From contig MU058213.1 in the NCBI GenBank assembly GCA_013265495.1, forward strand, positions 3,224,001 to 3,288,000: DNA of 64,000 bases, written 5' to 3'. Below are positions 28,218-40,100 of the stretch, in pieces (the stretch's first letter is position 1; every line of letters begins with the position of its first letter). The notes below the pieces were generated by a model. It saw nothing but the letters and a program-made list of their open reading frames with translations. It searched no databases and had not been told where the DNA came from. The position numbers and the translations under genes are program-made. This stretch comes from Vicugna vicugna (taxonomy: Eukaryota).

Positions 28218-28412
28218 AGAGAGACAGACAGACCGAGACAAAGAAACAGAGAGGGAGGATAAGAATGGGAGACAAGAGGAACAATGGAGAGGAGAAATAA
28301 GACGGGAAATGAGGAAGGGGACAGGGGAGGGAGAAAAAGGGAAAGTGTCTCAAGAGGGAGAGAGAAGATAGTGCAATGGGAGGGAGGGGGAGAGGGAAAA
28401 AGAGCAGGAAGG
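28218..28412. repeat. Purine-rich (GA) low-complexity tract
   Basis: ~190 bp dominated by A/G on the plus strand; a second tract at ~28765-28880. Confidence 0.8.
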
Positions 28413-29386
28413 GTCGAGATGGGGGAAAGAGAGCACATTTATCCCCCCTCTCTGTTGAGAAACAGGGCTACTGCTTATAAACCTGATCACAGTAAATTAT
28501 CACTATGGGGTTCTCCTAGAAGAGAAGATGGGTTGAGACCACCTGATATGACCATCACCTACAAAAATGGTGAGTTATACATAAGAAGAATATAGGGCCA
28601 GCCCTAGGAAAAATCATATAGTGTCATGACATGTATATACAGAACTTTAACATTCACAATTATCTTTTATTCATGTTATATATAGAACCTTACCATTCAC
28701 AATTATTTTTTATTCAGTGATTCATTGGTTCAGAAACTGCAGGCTGTGATCCATTAGCGGGTAAAAGGGAAGAAGGATAAGGAAGGGATCTAGACTTTCA
28801 GGGAGGAAAAAACAGGAGGGGAGAGGAAACTTGGGAGGAGAGGGCGAAGCAGGGGAGGAAAAAGAGGGGCAGGAGTGGAGTTATGAATAGTAAAGTCCTA
28901 TACACCCCTTCGTATTGCTTTAAAATCTATGAAAGAATACACAAAGAAAACTAGTTATATTAAAATGCTTACAAAATATTCAAAAACAAATTTGTGATAC
29001 ACAAGTATGTGCTTCATTATTAAATAATATATAGCAAGATGTCTAACAAATACTAAAATTTCAAATTAACTACATATAAAAGATAGTAGCACCTGTGACA
29101 TGAATATATTTGTGATTTTTATTGATACTACTGTTGTTTGTTGCTTACATTCATAATTGAAGAGAACACTAAATTTCAGTCAAAAATAAGTAAATGGTAT
29201 GGAATTTTTACCCATCCAAGATCTTGGCTGGAAAGTAGTACTGGAACTAGGCCTGAAGCCTCTCCCCAACTCTCTTCCTGTTAAGTAACAGGTGGGCAGA
29301 CAGTTGGACCAGCTTCAGGGACAGAAATAATTAAAAGAAAATCAAATTTCCAAATGAAATTCTTCACATCTAAAAGAAATGAAAAA

Positions 29387-30587
29387 CTTTTGGCCAACTA
29401 ATCTTTGACAAAGGAGGCAAGAATATACAATGGAATAAAGACAGTCTCTTCAGCAAATGGTGTTGGGAAAACTGAACAGCAGCATGCAAAACAATGCAAT
29501 GNNNNNNNNNNNNNNNNNNNNNNNNNNNNNNNNNNNNNNNNNNNNNNNNNNNNNNNNNNNNNNNNNNNNNNNNNNNNNNNNNNNNNNNNNNNNNNNNNNN
29601 NNNNNNNNNNNNNNNNNNNNNNNNNNNNNNNNNNNNNNNNNNNNNNNNNNNNNNNNNNNNNNNNNNNNNNNNNNNNNNNNNNNNNNNNNNNNNNNNNNNN
29701 NNNNNNNNNNNNNNNNNNNNNNNNNNNNNNNNNNNNNNNNNNNNNNNNNNNNNNNNNNNNNNNNNNNNNNNNNNNNNNNNNNNNNNNNNNNNNNNNNNNN
29801 NNNNNNNNNNNNNNNNNNNNNNNNNNNNNNNNNNNNNNNNNNNNNNNNNNNNNNNNNNNNNNNNNNNNNNNNNNNNNNNNNNNNNNNNNNNNNNNNNNNN
29901 NNNNNNNNNNNNNNNNNNNNNNNNNNNNNNNNNNNNNNNNNNNNNNNNNNNNNNNNNNNNNNNNNNNNNNNNNNNNNNNNNNNNNNNNNNNNNNNNNNNN
30001 NNNNNNNNNNNNNNNNNNNNNNNNNNNNNNNNNNNNNNNNNNNNNNNNNNNNNNNNNNNNNNNNNNNNNNNNNNNNNNNNNNNNNNNNNNNNNNNNNNNN
30101 NNNNNNNNNNNNNNNNNNNNNNNNNNNNNNNNNNNNNNNNNNNNNNNNNNNNNNNNNNNNNNNNNNNNNNNNNNNNNNNNNNNNNNNNNNNNNNNNNNNN
30201 NNNNNNNNNNNNNNNNNNNNNNNNNNNNNNNNNNNNNNNNNNNNNNNNNNNNNNNNNNNNNNNNNNNNNNNNNNNNNNNNNNNNNNNNNNNNNNNNNNNN
30301 NNNNNNNNNNNNNNNNNNNNNNNNNNNNNNNNNNNNNNNNNNNNNNNNNNNNNNNNNNNNNNNNNNNNNNNNNNNNNNNNNNNNNNNNNNNNNNNNNNNN
30401 NNNNNNNNNNNNNNNNNNNNNNNNNNNNNNNNNNNNNNNNNNNNNNNNNNNNNNNNNNNNNNNNNNNNNNNNNNNNNNNNNNNNNNNNNNNNNNNNNNNN
30501 NGACTGAAAAATTGTGCTGAACACTGGAATTTGACACAACATTGTAAAATGATTATAAATCAATAAAAAATGTTAAAAAAAAAAAAA
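29387..30587 (+). mobile_element. Young-looking 5'-truncated L1 spanning an assembly gap
   Basis: L1 ORF2 sequence left of the gap (CAACTAATCTTTGACAAAGG...CAAATGGTGTTGGGAAAACTG); L1 3' end with AATAAA and polyA right of it. Confidence 0.8.
29502..30501. other. Assembly gap (1000 N)
   Basis: Run of n; the round length suggests a nominal size. Confidence 0.99.
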
Positions 30588-31005
30588 CCAAAAACCCAGG
30601 TGCACGTTCACGTGTTAGAGAGGACTCAGGAGTTGTTAGGCCCTTCCTTCTCCTCCTGCTTCCCTGGGCTACACTTGCCCCTTCACCTTCTCACTCCACT
30701 TCCCTCCTCTGTCCCCTTCACACTTCTTTCCCTTTTGTCTTTGGTGAGGGCCTGGGCCTTGACAGACCAAGACTGGCCTGCCCTCTTTGGCTATACCACA
30801 TTTTTCAGCCTGTAAAGCAAGTCCTGGTGTTGGTGTTTTTTCCCATGTGGTCTATGGGGCCCTGCGTAATACCTGCTATGTCCTTGACAAAAATGAGTAC
30901 CTGTGAGTTCCCAGAAAAACCAGACCAAGAAATTAGAATGACCAGTCATTCTCTGATTTCCTCTTTATCCAATAAAACACACAGAAAAAAAAAAGAAATG
31001 AAAAA

Positions 31006-31190
31006 TGAAAAACAACAAAGTCCTATCGTATGACACAGAGAACTATATTCAATATCTTGTAATAGCCCATAATGAAAAAGAATATGAAAAATATGTATGT
31101 AAAAGTATATAACTGAATCACTGCTGTACACCAGAAACTAACACAACACTGTAAGTCAACAATACTTCAATAAAAACACAGAAAAAAAAG
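31006..31190 (+). mobile_element. L1 3' end fragment
   Basis: AACTATATTCAATATCTTGTAATA...ACTGAATCACTGCTGTACACCAGAAACTAACACAAC; similar to 23800-23965 and 34900-35040. Confidence 0.8.
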
Positions 31191-31431
31191 AAAAAAACTG
31201 CTAAAGAAGGAACTTCAGGAATAAATGGAACAAGTATGTTTTGAATAATGAGGGAGGCAGCCTTAGAGTATAGACTAGAGTTCCACAATACTGTATGTGA
31301 AAAAAAGACTGTTCAACAATTTCACTGAATTGAATGTGAAACTGAGTTTGACTTCAATCTCAAACACAATTTCTAAAGTAAAATCAGTGTTTATTACTTG
31401 TTATATAAGTTAGCTTTAATACTGTTTTGAT

Positions 31432-31722
31432 TAGTCTAATTGGCAAACAATGGTCAAACCCAACCTGCTGTCCGTTTTCCTACAGCACACAAGCTAAGAA
31501 TAATTTTTACAGTTTTAAATAGTTGAAAAAAATCAAAAGAATAGTAATATTTTATAACATACAAAAATTATAATAAATTTAAACTTGTCTCAATAAATAT
31601 ATATTGTCCATGGCTGCTTTTGTGCTACAGTGACAAAGCTGAGTAACTGTAACAGAGACCTTATGGCCCACAAAATCCAAAATATTATCTGGTTCTTTAC
31701 ACAAAAAGTTTGCCAAACCTTG
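31432..31722. mobile_element. MER58-type hAT-Charlie element
   Basis: TTGGCAAAC ... AAAAGTTTGCCAAACCTTG inverted ends; internal GTAACAGAGACCTTATGGCCCACAAAA. Confidence 0.8.
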
Positions 31723-32012
31723 GTTTAAATGGTCAAAATTTGGAAGAGTTGGAATAGTAAAGGCCGTATCGGGAGGCTTTATCCCCTGAAGATATGAGCC
31801 CACATCCTTTAAGAGCTATTATTAATGTATTTTGAATAACTCGATCTTTAAGCTATTTAAGTGGCGGCTGAAGCACTAACTCATTTAAATCGTGCTCATG
31901 TGCCTATTTACTTTTACTAGATGAGCAACATAATCATTTCAAAAGAGGAATTTTTCAGTGGTATAAAATATAAAAAGCACAACGAGCCGAACATTTTTAA
32001 TAAAGAACTTAC

Positions 32013-32160
32013 CACCTGACAGAGAAAGGGTCTCCCACATGGCCGCTTCTTTCTTGTACAAGGTGAAAACAACAGTGTCATTCCCAATCTTGGCTTTACT
32101 GTTCTCATCGTCAATGGGAGCATAGAGAAACACCTCAAATAAAAATGGAGGAGAGTTGAC
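32013..32160 (-). CDS. DNAAF4: DNAAF4 coding exon 2
   Basis: ag|GTC...GGT G|gtaagt; 148 nt; [49 protein letters not shown]. Confidence 0.97.
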
Positions 32161-32537
32161 CTATTCAAGAAGGGAGAAACGGAAGTTAATTAAGTTACAC
32201 AAATTAAAGACACTTATTAAGAAATAAGTGATAGAGGCCAAAATCATTTTCTTAAATTCCTGCTATCAATTTTTCCAGGTCGCGAAAAACCTGCAAGGCA
32301 TCTGAGGAAGCCCTGGATAAAATGATCTCTGCTCTGCTGACATATGTCTACGGATGAGGTGTTGCCTGTACGGGATTCGTGTTTTGTTTGTTTTTGCTTT
32401 GTTTTATTTTTTAATAGGACTAGAATTTTAGGATGCTTATCTGCAAGGACGCGCCCGTTGAGCGCCCACAGCCGCGCCCTCGCAGGCGCTTCGGACGACA
32501 CCCCCGCGGCCGCAGCAGGCGCGACTCGCTTGCCTAC

Positions 32538-32660
32538 CTTCAGATAGCTTTCCGTGCAGAACACGTCGGCGTCTCTGACGCTGACGCCTCGGAGGGGCAC
32601 CGAGATGAAGACCGCAGCCTCCGTCTGCTGCCAGCTGTAATCGCTAACCTGCAGGGGCAT
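32538..32660 (-). CDS. DNAAF4: DNAAF4 (DYX1C1) first coding exon, start of CS/p23 domain
   Basis: ATG at 32660; translates [41 protein letters not shown]; donor AAG|gtaggc; 123 nt; lies in a CpG island. Confidence 0.97.
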
Positions 32661-32705
32661 CCCGGGAGACGGCGGGAGAGGCTGGGAAGGACTCGCGCCC
32701 GCTCG

Positions 32706-32719
32706 GTTGCTAGGGAAGC
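32706..32719. promoter_or_regulatory. RFX X-box-like motif
   Basis: GTTGCTAGGGAAGC, 10/14 to GTTGCCATGGCAAC with one good half site, ~50 bp upstream of the ATG of a motile-cilia gene. Confidence 0.5.
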
Positions 32720-35700
32720 CAGAGTTACCACGCGCCAGCCCTTCCGGGTCAAGGCCGGGCCCGGGCGCCCGCGTTCCCAGCGTGCCCCGGGCGCGCCCCT
32801 GCGGCCGCCGCGCGGACTCCCCTCGCGCCTGCCCGGGGTCCCCTGGCGGGGCATTCCAACTGCTTGAGGGGGTGTGATCCCTACCCCGCAGTCTGAGCGA
32901 GTCTCCGAAGGAATCGGTCCACATCCGCTTATGCAAGAAACGTGCTTCACGCCAGAGAAAGCAGAAAAGAAGCACGGGAACGCGTGACCCGCGCGGAGCA
33001 GGTGCGACGCCCAGGCTCCATGGCAGCCCCCGCCTTTTGTTAGTCCTGAAGGAGGCTGTAGAAGTTCGCACCATTTGGCGTCCCTGTTTTGGAAACTTCC
33101 TGCTCATATAGACTTTGTGGCCTGGGAGCTTGCCGGTGCTATTGTAGTCCTTCAAGTCTATAACCTATCAGCCCACTCACTACAGGCATGTAGGTGAGGT
33201 TCGCTCCCTGCTTTGAGAACTGGAGAGAAACGCCCCTAGGACTCACCTGACGACGAATGGCTGCAGCTTAACCATAGGATAAGTTGAATTTCCGTGGATG
33301 CGTTTTACAGTTGCTTAAAAAGACAAGTTAGCGGTGAAAGGAGCTTGAAGATGTTGTAGTCGTCCCACATACAATAAGGAATCTGAGATCCATACACCCA
33401 ACCCAATAGCCACATAGATTAGTGTCAGAACTGTGATTGAGACTCTGATCTCGTAACTCCTGTTCCCGTGGTCTTGCTTTGGGATGCTTTCTGGAAACAG
33501 TTTATAAATTATTGGAATTTGATTTTTTTTGAGGACATTAAAATTAAGCACCTACGAACTATTTGCCCACGTAGGGATGGGTTTTTGTTTTGTTTTGTTT
33601 TTTAACATTTTACTTTTGGAAGTCATTAATGCAAATTTAAAAGCTCCTGAAAAAGCCCTTGAGGAAAGTTTAAGAGCAGCAGACTTGGGAGGGAGAAAAA
33701 TCAGCTTTTACCTCCCAAACAGGCCACCCCTGAGTATCTTAACCAGTTTGTCACAGGTCCATCATCTCAAGGTTCCCTAACTGAATACTGGGGCCATATT
33801 AGATTTCTTTTCCGTTGCCTTCCTACGCGAGGAACCTAAGGCTCAGTCAATCTTATGGATTCTTTTTCATGCTGCTATTTGCATTTTGTTCCCTTGTGTT
33901 CTATTCCTTTTACCATTTTGTTTCAAACTCTCCTTTATCTTCAAAACACAGGATTTATGCATTCCTTTTATATAACATTTTAAAATGTAAATTTTGCCAC
34001 TATATAAAAACACAATTGATATAATTAATGTATGTATGGAAAGTAATCAAAATGATACTATGTGCTGTTCGGGAGTTTCAGGAAAATTCATTAGCAATCA
34101 CTTTGTTAAGCACATACACACCTGTGCGGTGAAATTATTCTCAGGACTACCATAGTCTTATGAAACTTTCTACACTCTAAATGAATTATATCTTTAAAAA
34201 AAAAAACTTGATCAGTTTTATTACTGAATCATTACATCAACTGATACCAGTTTAAAACACCATAATTTTTATACATTATTTCAAGACTTAGGTACTTACC
34301 CAAAAAGTGTTTCACAAGCCTTGAAATTAATTCAGTCTTAAAAGTCTTAATCTGTGTTTCTTATTAGATTTAAAAAACAAAAACAAAAACAAAATCTATA
34401 CTCTAATCCCAGTATTGATAGAAATTTGATATATGACAAAGGTGGCTCTGCACATAAATGGGGAAAAGCAAAGGAGTGACAACTGAATACATTATTGCTT
34501 GGCCAAATGGTTACCATATGGGAAAAAATGAGATTGGATCTGTACATGTGTATGGTATCACACAAAAAATGAATTTCGGATGAACTAAAGACATACAAGT
34601 TTAAGACTTAAAAAATATATATATTAAAATATATATATATATAAAACATATATATATATAAAATCTAGGAGTAAGAAAGGATTTCTTAAGTATGACATCG
34701 AAAGCACTGACCATAAAAGAAAAAGACTGAAAACTTGAACTAAAATTAAGAACTGGTGTTCACTAAAAGGCCCAATAAGACTAGTGAGATATTCATGTAT
34801 GTATATTTTTACGTATGATAATGGAGGAGACTGCATATGTGGGGTTTTTTTTTTTAAAAGAAAAGCATCTTAATTTATCATTAAGGAGAATTTTTAAAAT
34901 TCAATATTTGTAGTAACCTATAATGGAAAAGAATATGAAAATGAATATATGTATGTACATGTATGACTGAAACATTATGCTATACACTAGCAATTGACAC
35001 ATTGTAAACTGACTACACTTCAATTTTTTAAAAAAAAGAATAGCTATTATTAAAGGAGGAAAGTACAGTTTTACATGCTTAATAAAGTAGATTAATAAGA
35101 AAATATAAATAAATATAATTTTTTAGTTTTGTCAACAAATTTCTGAGCATTTTATAACTGAGTATAGTTTAAAATTTTAGAATTTTATCTTTAAAGACAG
35201 ATATTTATTATTGTAACACTAAACTGTTAAAAGTTCCAACATTTATTAAAGAATATCAGGAGATATTACCACATTAATACCAAAATTAACATAATTAACA
35301 TTATTGGTGAAATATTAAACCATTATCTTATATTCAATATGAATCAAGTATTGCCCAGTAGTTATAAATTCAGCTAACCAATATGCTCTATTTTCCTACT
35401 TTGACTACATGTACCTTCATAATGACGTGGAAGGCCAGATTCAGATTTGGAATTCTCATTGTCCTTGGAGTTTCACGCAGGAACATAGCAGAGGGAACAG
35501 CCTATCCTTGGGCACAGAGATATACACACAAGAAGCACAGGGACCACCCAGGGGAAAGACTCTTGGTGTTCAATGAAGCAGTCTGGGCCCACTGGGCAGA
35601 GAATTCTAGAGCTGAGGCAGCCAAACCATGGTCTAGAAGAGGGAGTGTGGGTGTCAGATGGTGCATCCTTTTGACCACAGCTTCCTTTCCTTTTGGAAAA

Positions 35701-36964
35701 AGTGCAGTTAGAAAAGAGTCAGAGGGGGGTTCTTGAAAGCAGGGAGTTCAGATCTAAGGTCAGGAATTTGGGGAATGCTCACATATCTTTTCAAACTAAA
35801 ATCTTTTTGTTTTTTAAACTCTTCGGTGTTAACATTTGGTCTTCCAACCTAGTGTTTAAAGTCAGGCCAACTGGGTTAGAACCAAATCTACATGTATTAA
35901 CTGTATGACCATGAACAAGTTTCTCACCCCTTAAGCTCCAGATTCCTCATCTGCAAAATAGAGGCAATAATATCTATTTGTATGGTGTTGAGAGGATTAA
36001 ATATGATTTTGTGTAAGGCTCTCATTGCTGTGCTGTTTTGTTTAGATGCAACACTTTTTCTCTTGGACCTCACCATAAGCATTTTTCTGATTGTGACAGG
36101 TTGAAATGACTTTCTAGTGAAGAATAAAAGTGAAACTTTTAATATTCATTAACTGATGCTTTTAACTTTGACAACTATACCTATGCTAGAGACCACAAAT
36201 CCTATCAATCTCCAAGTCTTAAATATCTCTCCGATCCATCCACTTTTCACTGCCACTGTCTTCATATCTTGAGGTATCACTAGTTGAGAGTACCTAGTAG
36301 AGTCTTTTCTACAAGGCTCTAAGACGCTCCTCCTTGGCTGAAGACCCAGTTTCTAACCTGCATCTTACAGCACAGGCTTCAGGCACGCATGATAGAAAGA
36401 CAAAACCTGTTGATGATACAACTGAATGGCTAAGGCTAAATGAGAATGGAGGAGAGTCAGATTTTCTATTTAAATTCTCTAAATTTAACAAGAATTTGTT
36501 CAATGGTTTCCCTAAAGGAAAAAAACATACTATGGATTGTGAGGGCACTGACAAATTATGTTCAATACATAATCTCTGAAACATGTTTATATTAGTAGTA
36601 TTTATCTAAAATTTGAGTTAATTTTTTTTTAAATTAGGGTGAGGGCGAAGTTCTTCACAACTTTCTGTATCCTAAACCTATGCCCTTAGTTTCAATACGT
36701 AATATTTAAGTTATCTTTAGGTTTAAATGTTACATAACTTTCATTAGTTACTTAAGAGTTTACTTTTATTTTCTAAATATATGATTTTTTCCATTATTTT
36801 TAGGTCAAACAACAGTCTGCATGACAAATGTTCTTTGCAATGTGTTGAGATCTCCTTTATGACTTGGGATGTGGTAAAATTTTGCAAATGTTTCTTGAGT
36901 GTTTGAAAAGAATGCATATTTCTTATTTATTTGGTACTAGGTTCTTATTTATTTGGTACTAGGT

Positions 36965-37150
36965 TCTTTTTTTATGAGTTTTTATTTTATTTTATTTTGA
37001 GTTATAGTCAGTTTACAATGTTGTGTCAGTTTCCAGTGTAGAGCACAATTTTTCAGTTATACATGAACATACATATATTCATTGTCGCATTCTTTTTTAC
37101 CGTGAGCTACCACAAGATTTTGTATGTATTTCCCTGTGCTATACAGTATA
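36965..37150 (-). mobile_element. L1 3' end fragment
   Basis: T-rich tail, then TTTACAATGTTGTGTCAGTTTCCAGTG...TTCCCTGTGCTATACAGTA; imperfect TSD GGTAC(TAG/CAC)GTTCTTT. Confidence 0.78.
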
Positions 37151-40100
37151 GGTACCACGTTCTTTGTTAGCTCAAGCTTGTTAATTTTTGACAGATGCAA
37201 CTGGTTGCTTATCCAAAAAACATTCGCCCCTTGCTGTTAGAACTATTGGTATTTTTTTTTTTTGCACATTAGATGGAAATATTTTCAGAAAAGATGAGTC
37301 TAGCCCCAAAGGATGAATCATGTTTGGTCTAAACTAATCAAAGGAAAATCAGCTGAGGGCTTCTGAAAGATCTTCCTCCTAATAAAAAGAGAACAACCTG
37401 AGCCTCTTTTCCTGCTTGCTTTTGGATGTTGTTCTGTGAGAAAACGATATATGGAGCAGTAGTAGCCATTTTGCAACTATGAGAGGAATGCCAAGAGAAT
37501 CACAAAGATGTCTTTTGTAAACCTTACCATTCAAGTAAGTTTGTTCTTAACATTGTTACAGTGGTGCCTCTACTTCAGGGATCGTGGAGCTGCTGAGTTT
37601 GTAGAACTCCTCTCCAATTAATTTTCTATTAACAAGGCTGAAGTCCTAGTTTGTAAAAATCAAAGTAGAGACATGTTCACATTTTCTTAAGGAAACTCAG
37701 GACTCAGCATTATGCATAAACTTCACAGGAAAAAAAAAGTTGTATATAGCAAGACCTGCCCAAAAATACCAGTTTGCTCCTCAGTATAAAATTAAATTCC
37801 TGATAAACTGTAGGCTATTGCCCTGCTTAATGTTTGCTGGGACATCTACCCAAAGCCAAAATTATGACACTTACTTGTCTTGATGAAAGTCAAGCATTTA
37901 AAAAACAGTTATTTTTCTCTTTAAAAACTAGCTTTATTTAAAAGAATCTGAAGCATAACACTGATAGGAAACAAACTTACAATACATATTGTTTAAGAAA
38001 GCCTGCCATACATAATTTCTACTAGTAGTAGGTCTATAGACTGATAAATAACATTCTTTATACAATGCACAAATGACAGCATGATCCCTGAAAAGAATAG
38101 CCAACAATAACATGGACTGTTTTGATAGAACCTCTACTTGTCTCACTACTTATCTAGAGTAAAAAACTAAAATGTGGGAGATAAGTTAAACTCCCCAATT
38201 TTAAATTCTAGTATGGTGTTTAAGAAAGAAGGAAAAAGGACACGAAGGAAAAAATTATAAGAGTTAAATATTTTAAAAAGAACAATGAGAACTGGCTTAC
38301 TACTACTTATTATAATTATTAAAAAGTAATTCAGAATTGAGAATTTTTTGGTTTAACATTTGGAAGCTCTTAGACAGTCAAACTATAATATATCTACTAT
38401 ATTCAATCAGTCACCAAGCCAATTTTATTTCTCCAAAAACAGTAACCTGCACATTGACCACATAAGAAAATGAACAATTGGGGGAAACCTAGTTATTTCC
38501 TACTTTATTCAAATTTTTTCACAAAGCAACTCATGAATCATTTAAACCTTCATGATCCAAATAGAAACAGACCCAGTTCTAAAACACTGTATCTGAAAAT
38601 ACCAGAAAAAAAATCCCTAACACGTAAAACTAAATTTTTAATACAAAGAAGCCCATGAAAACATTTGGCATTCAAGTAAAATACAATGGGATTATGACAC
38701 AGTATGGTATCTGGCATTTTTAAAAATATTGAGAACGGAATCAGATTTATTGCTATTTCAGTTCTACCAATAGCTGACAATCAAATGTACAAAATACACC
38801 ACAACAACCATGCCAAAAATGATGCTGTATGGAGAGACATTAGCATAACAGCAGTAGACATTTATCTTGTAATATACATCACTGATACCGTAAAACCTGG
38901 TTAATTCAGGAGAGTCTAACTTGGTAAAAGTCTAAAAATTTGAATATTTTAAAAAGATATGCAGTTTAAGCACTCTCACAAGCATTCTTTTTTTTTCCTG
39001 TTAGCCATGTAATTTCAAATATACAAATTTGAAGTATTATCTATTACAATTCTTTTGGGTACTTGGTTTAATGACAAAAGAATGCTTTTAAACTAGCATT
39101 TTGAAATAAATGCCCCTAAAAAGCTGAAAATTTTTTCAAGGTTAAACATTTTTTTCTTTAAAATCTTGATTATGACTTTTATTAACAAATGTTTTCATCA
39201 GATAGTACAAAGTAACCACCATTCAAGTCCATGTATCAATGGTTACAAATTCTAAGTAAATTAGAGGAGTTTTACGGTATTTTAGTAGTTTCTTTATAAA
39301 TAAAGATTAACATTACTACTTATTTTGGTTCTGGTGGAGTGAATATCTTTTTGGGTTGGAAGATATCAGAATAAGTTCAAGGTCTAGCAGATAATTTTAA
39401 TGGTATTGGCTAAAAAATCCTTATCTGCACTGTCAATTAAGAGAATAATTCCTTAGTAAATGATAACTGTAAGAGAAACATCACATTTTTAACAAGTATT
39501 TATTGTATTATGAGTGATATGAATTGCTAACACCAAATTTTACCCCTCTCTCCCAATTCAAAGACATCAGGCCTTCTAGTAATCCATAAATATTGATGTC
39601 TCACATACTTCATAGAGTAGCTTAAACATACCAGCATAAGAAATTATTAGTATTACATAGTAATTTCCTTTGCCATAGGAATAAATGTTGGACAAAGTCT
39701 GGAAACATTTTATGTTCCAATTTGAATTACAGTAATTTTGCCACAGACCACAGCACTAGTGCATGTGTTAACTTCAGACATGCTCTAAGAACAAAACAAA
39801 AATTTACTGCAAAAATACATGTCACCAATGTGGAACACACTCAGATTTGTATAAAAGTACTGAACTAATATCCCAAAAAGAGGTATATGTAAGCAGTACA
39901 TAAGGAAGAAATAGTTTTAATATGAAACAGTCATTTAAGTCACATACATCATGATAAGAAGCAGGACTTTCTTTTATAAAAGATATTTTAACTAACAAGC
40001 AACATCATCTACAGAACAAGGAAAGTACAGATATTTAGAAGATTTTAATATAATTACAAGCAATGCATTTTGACAAAATATGACAAAGATGAAGCTTATG

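Larger units (their letters stand above)
32440..33080. promoter_or_regulatory. DNAAF4: CpG island / promoter region of DNAAF4
   Basis: Abrupt GC- and CpG-rich stretch spanning the first coding exon within AT-rich surroundings. Confidence 0.85.

Noticed and set aside
28027..28218. 63-aa plus-strand ORF (MMNLFHLGET...) with an internal AAGgtaag donor-like site, antisense to DNAAF4
   Set aside because: No recognisable homology, promoter or partner exons; the length is within chance expectation
28634..28716. Two ~40-bp direct repeats (period 43); likewise a 22-bp duplication at ~36920-36965
   Set aside because: Only two adjacent copies with no spacers: simple local tandem duplications, not an array or CRISPR-like structure
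29370..30566. 337-397 aa ORFs
   Set aside because: Artefacts of translating through the N gap
32244..32537. Continuation of the DNAAF4 ORF past the first donor
   Set aside because: Intron read-through; a good donor at 32537 and the phase-matched next exon explain the structure
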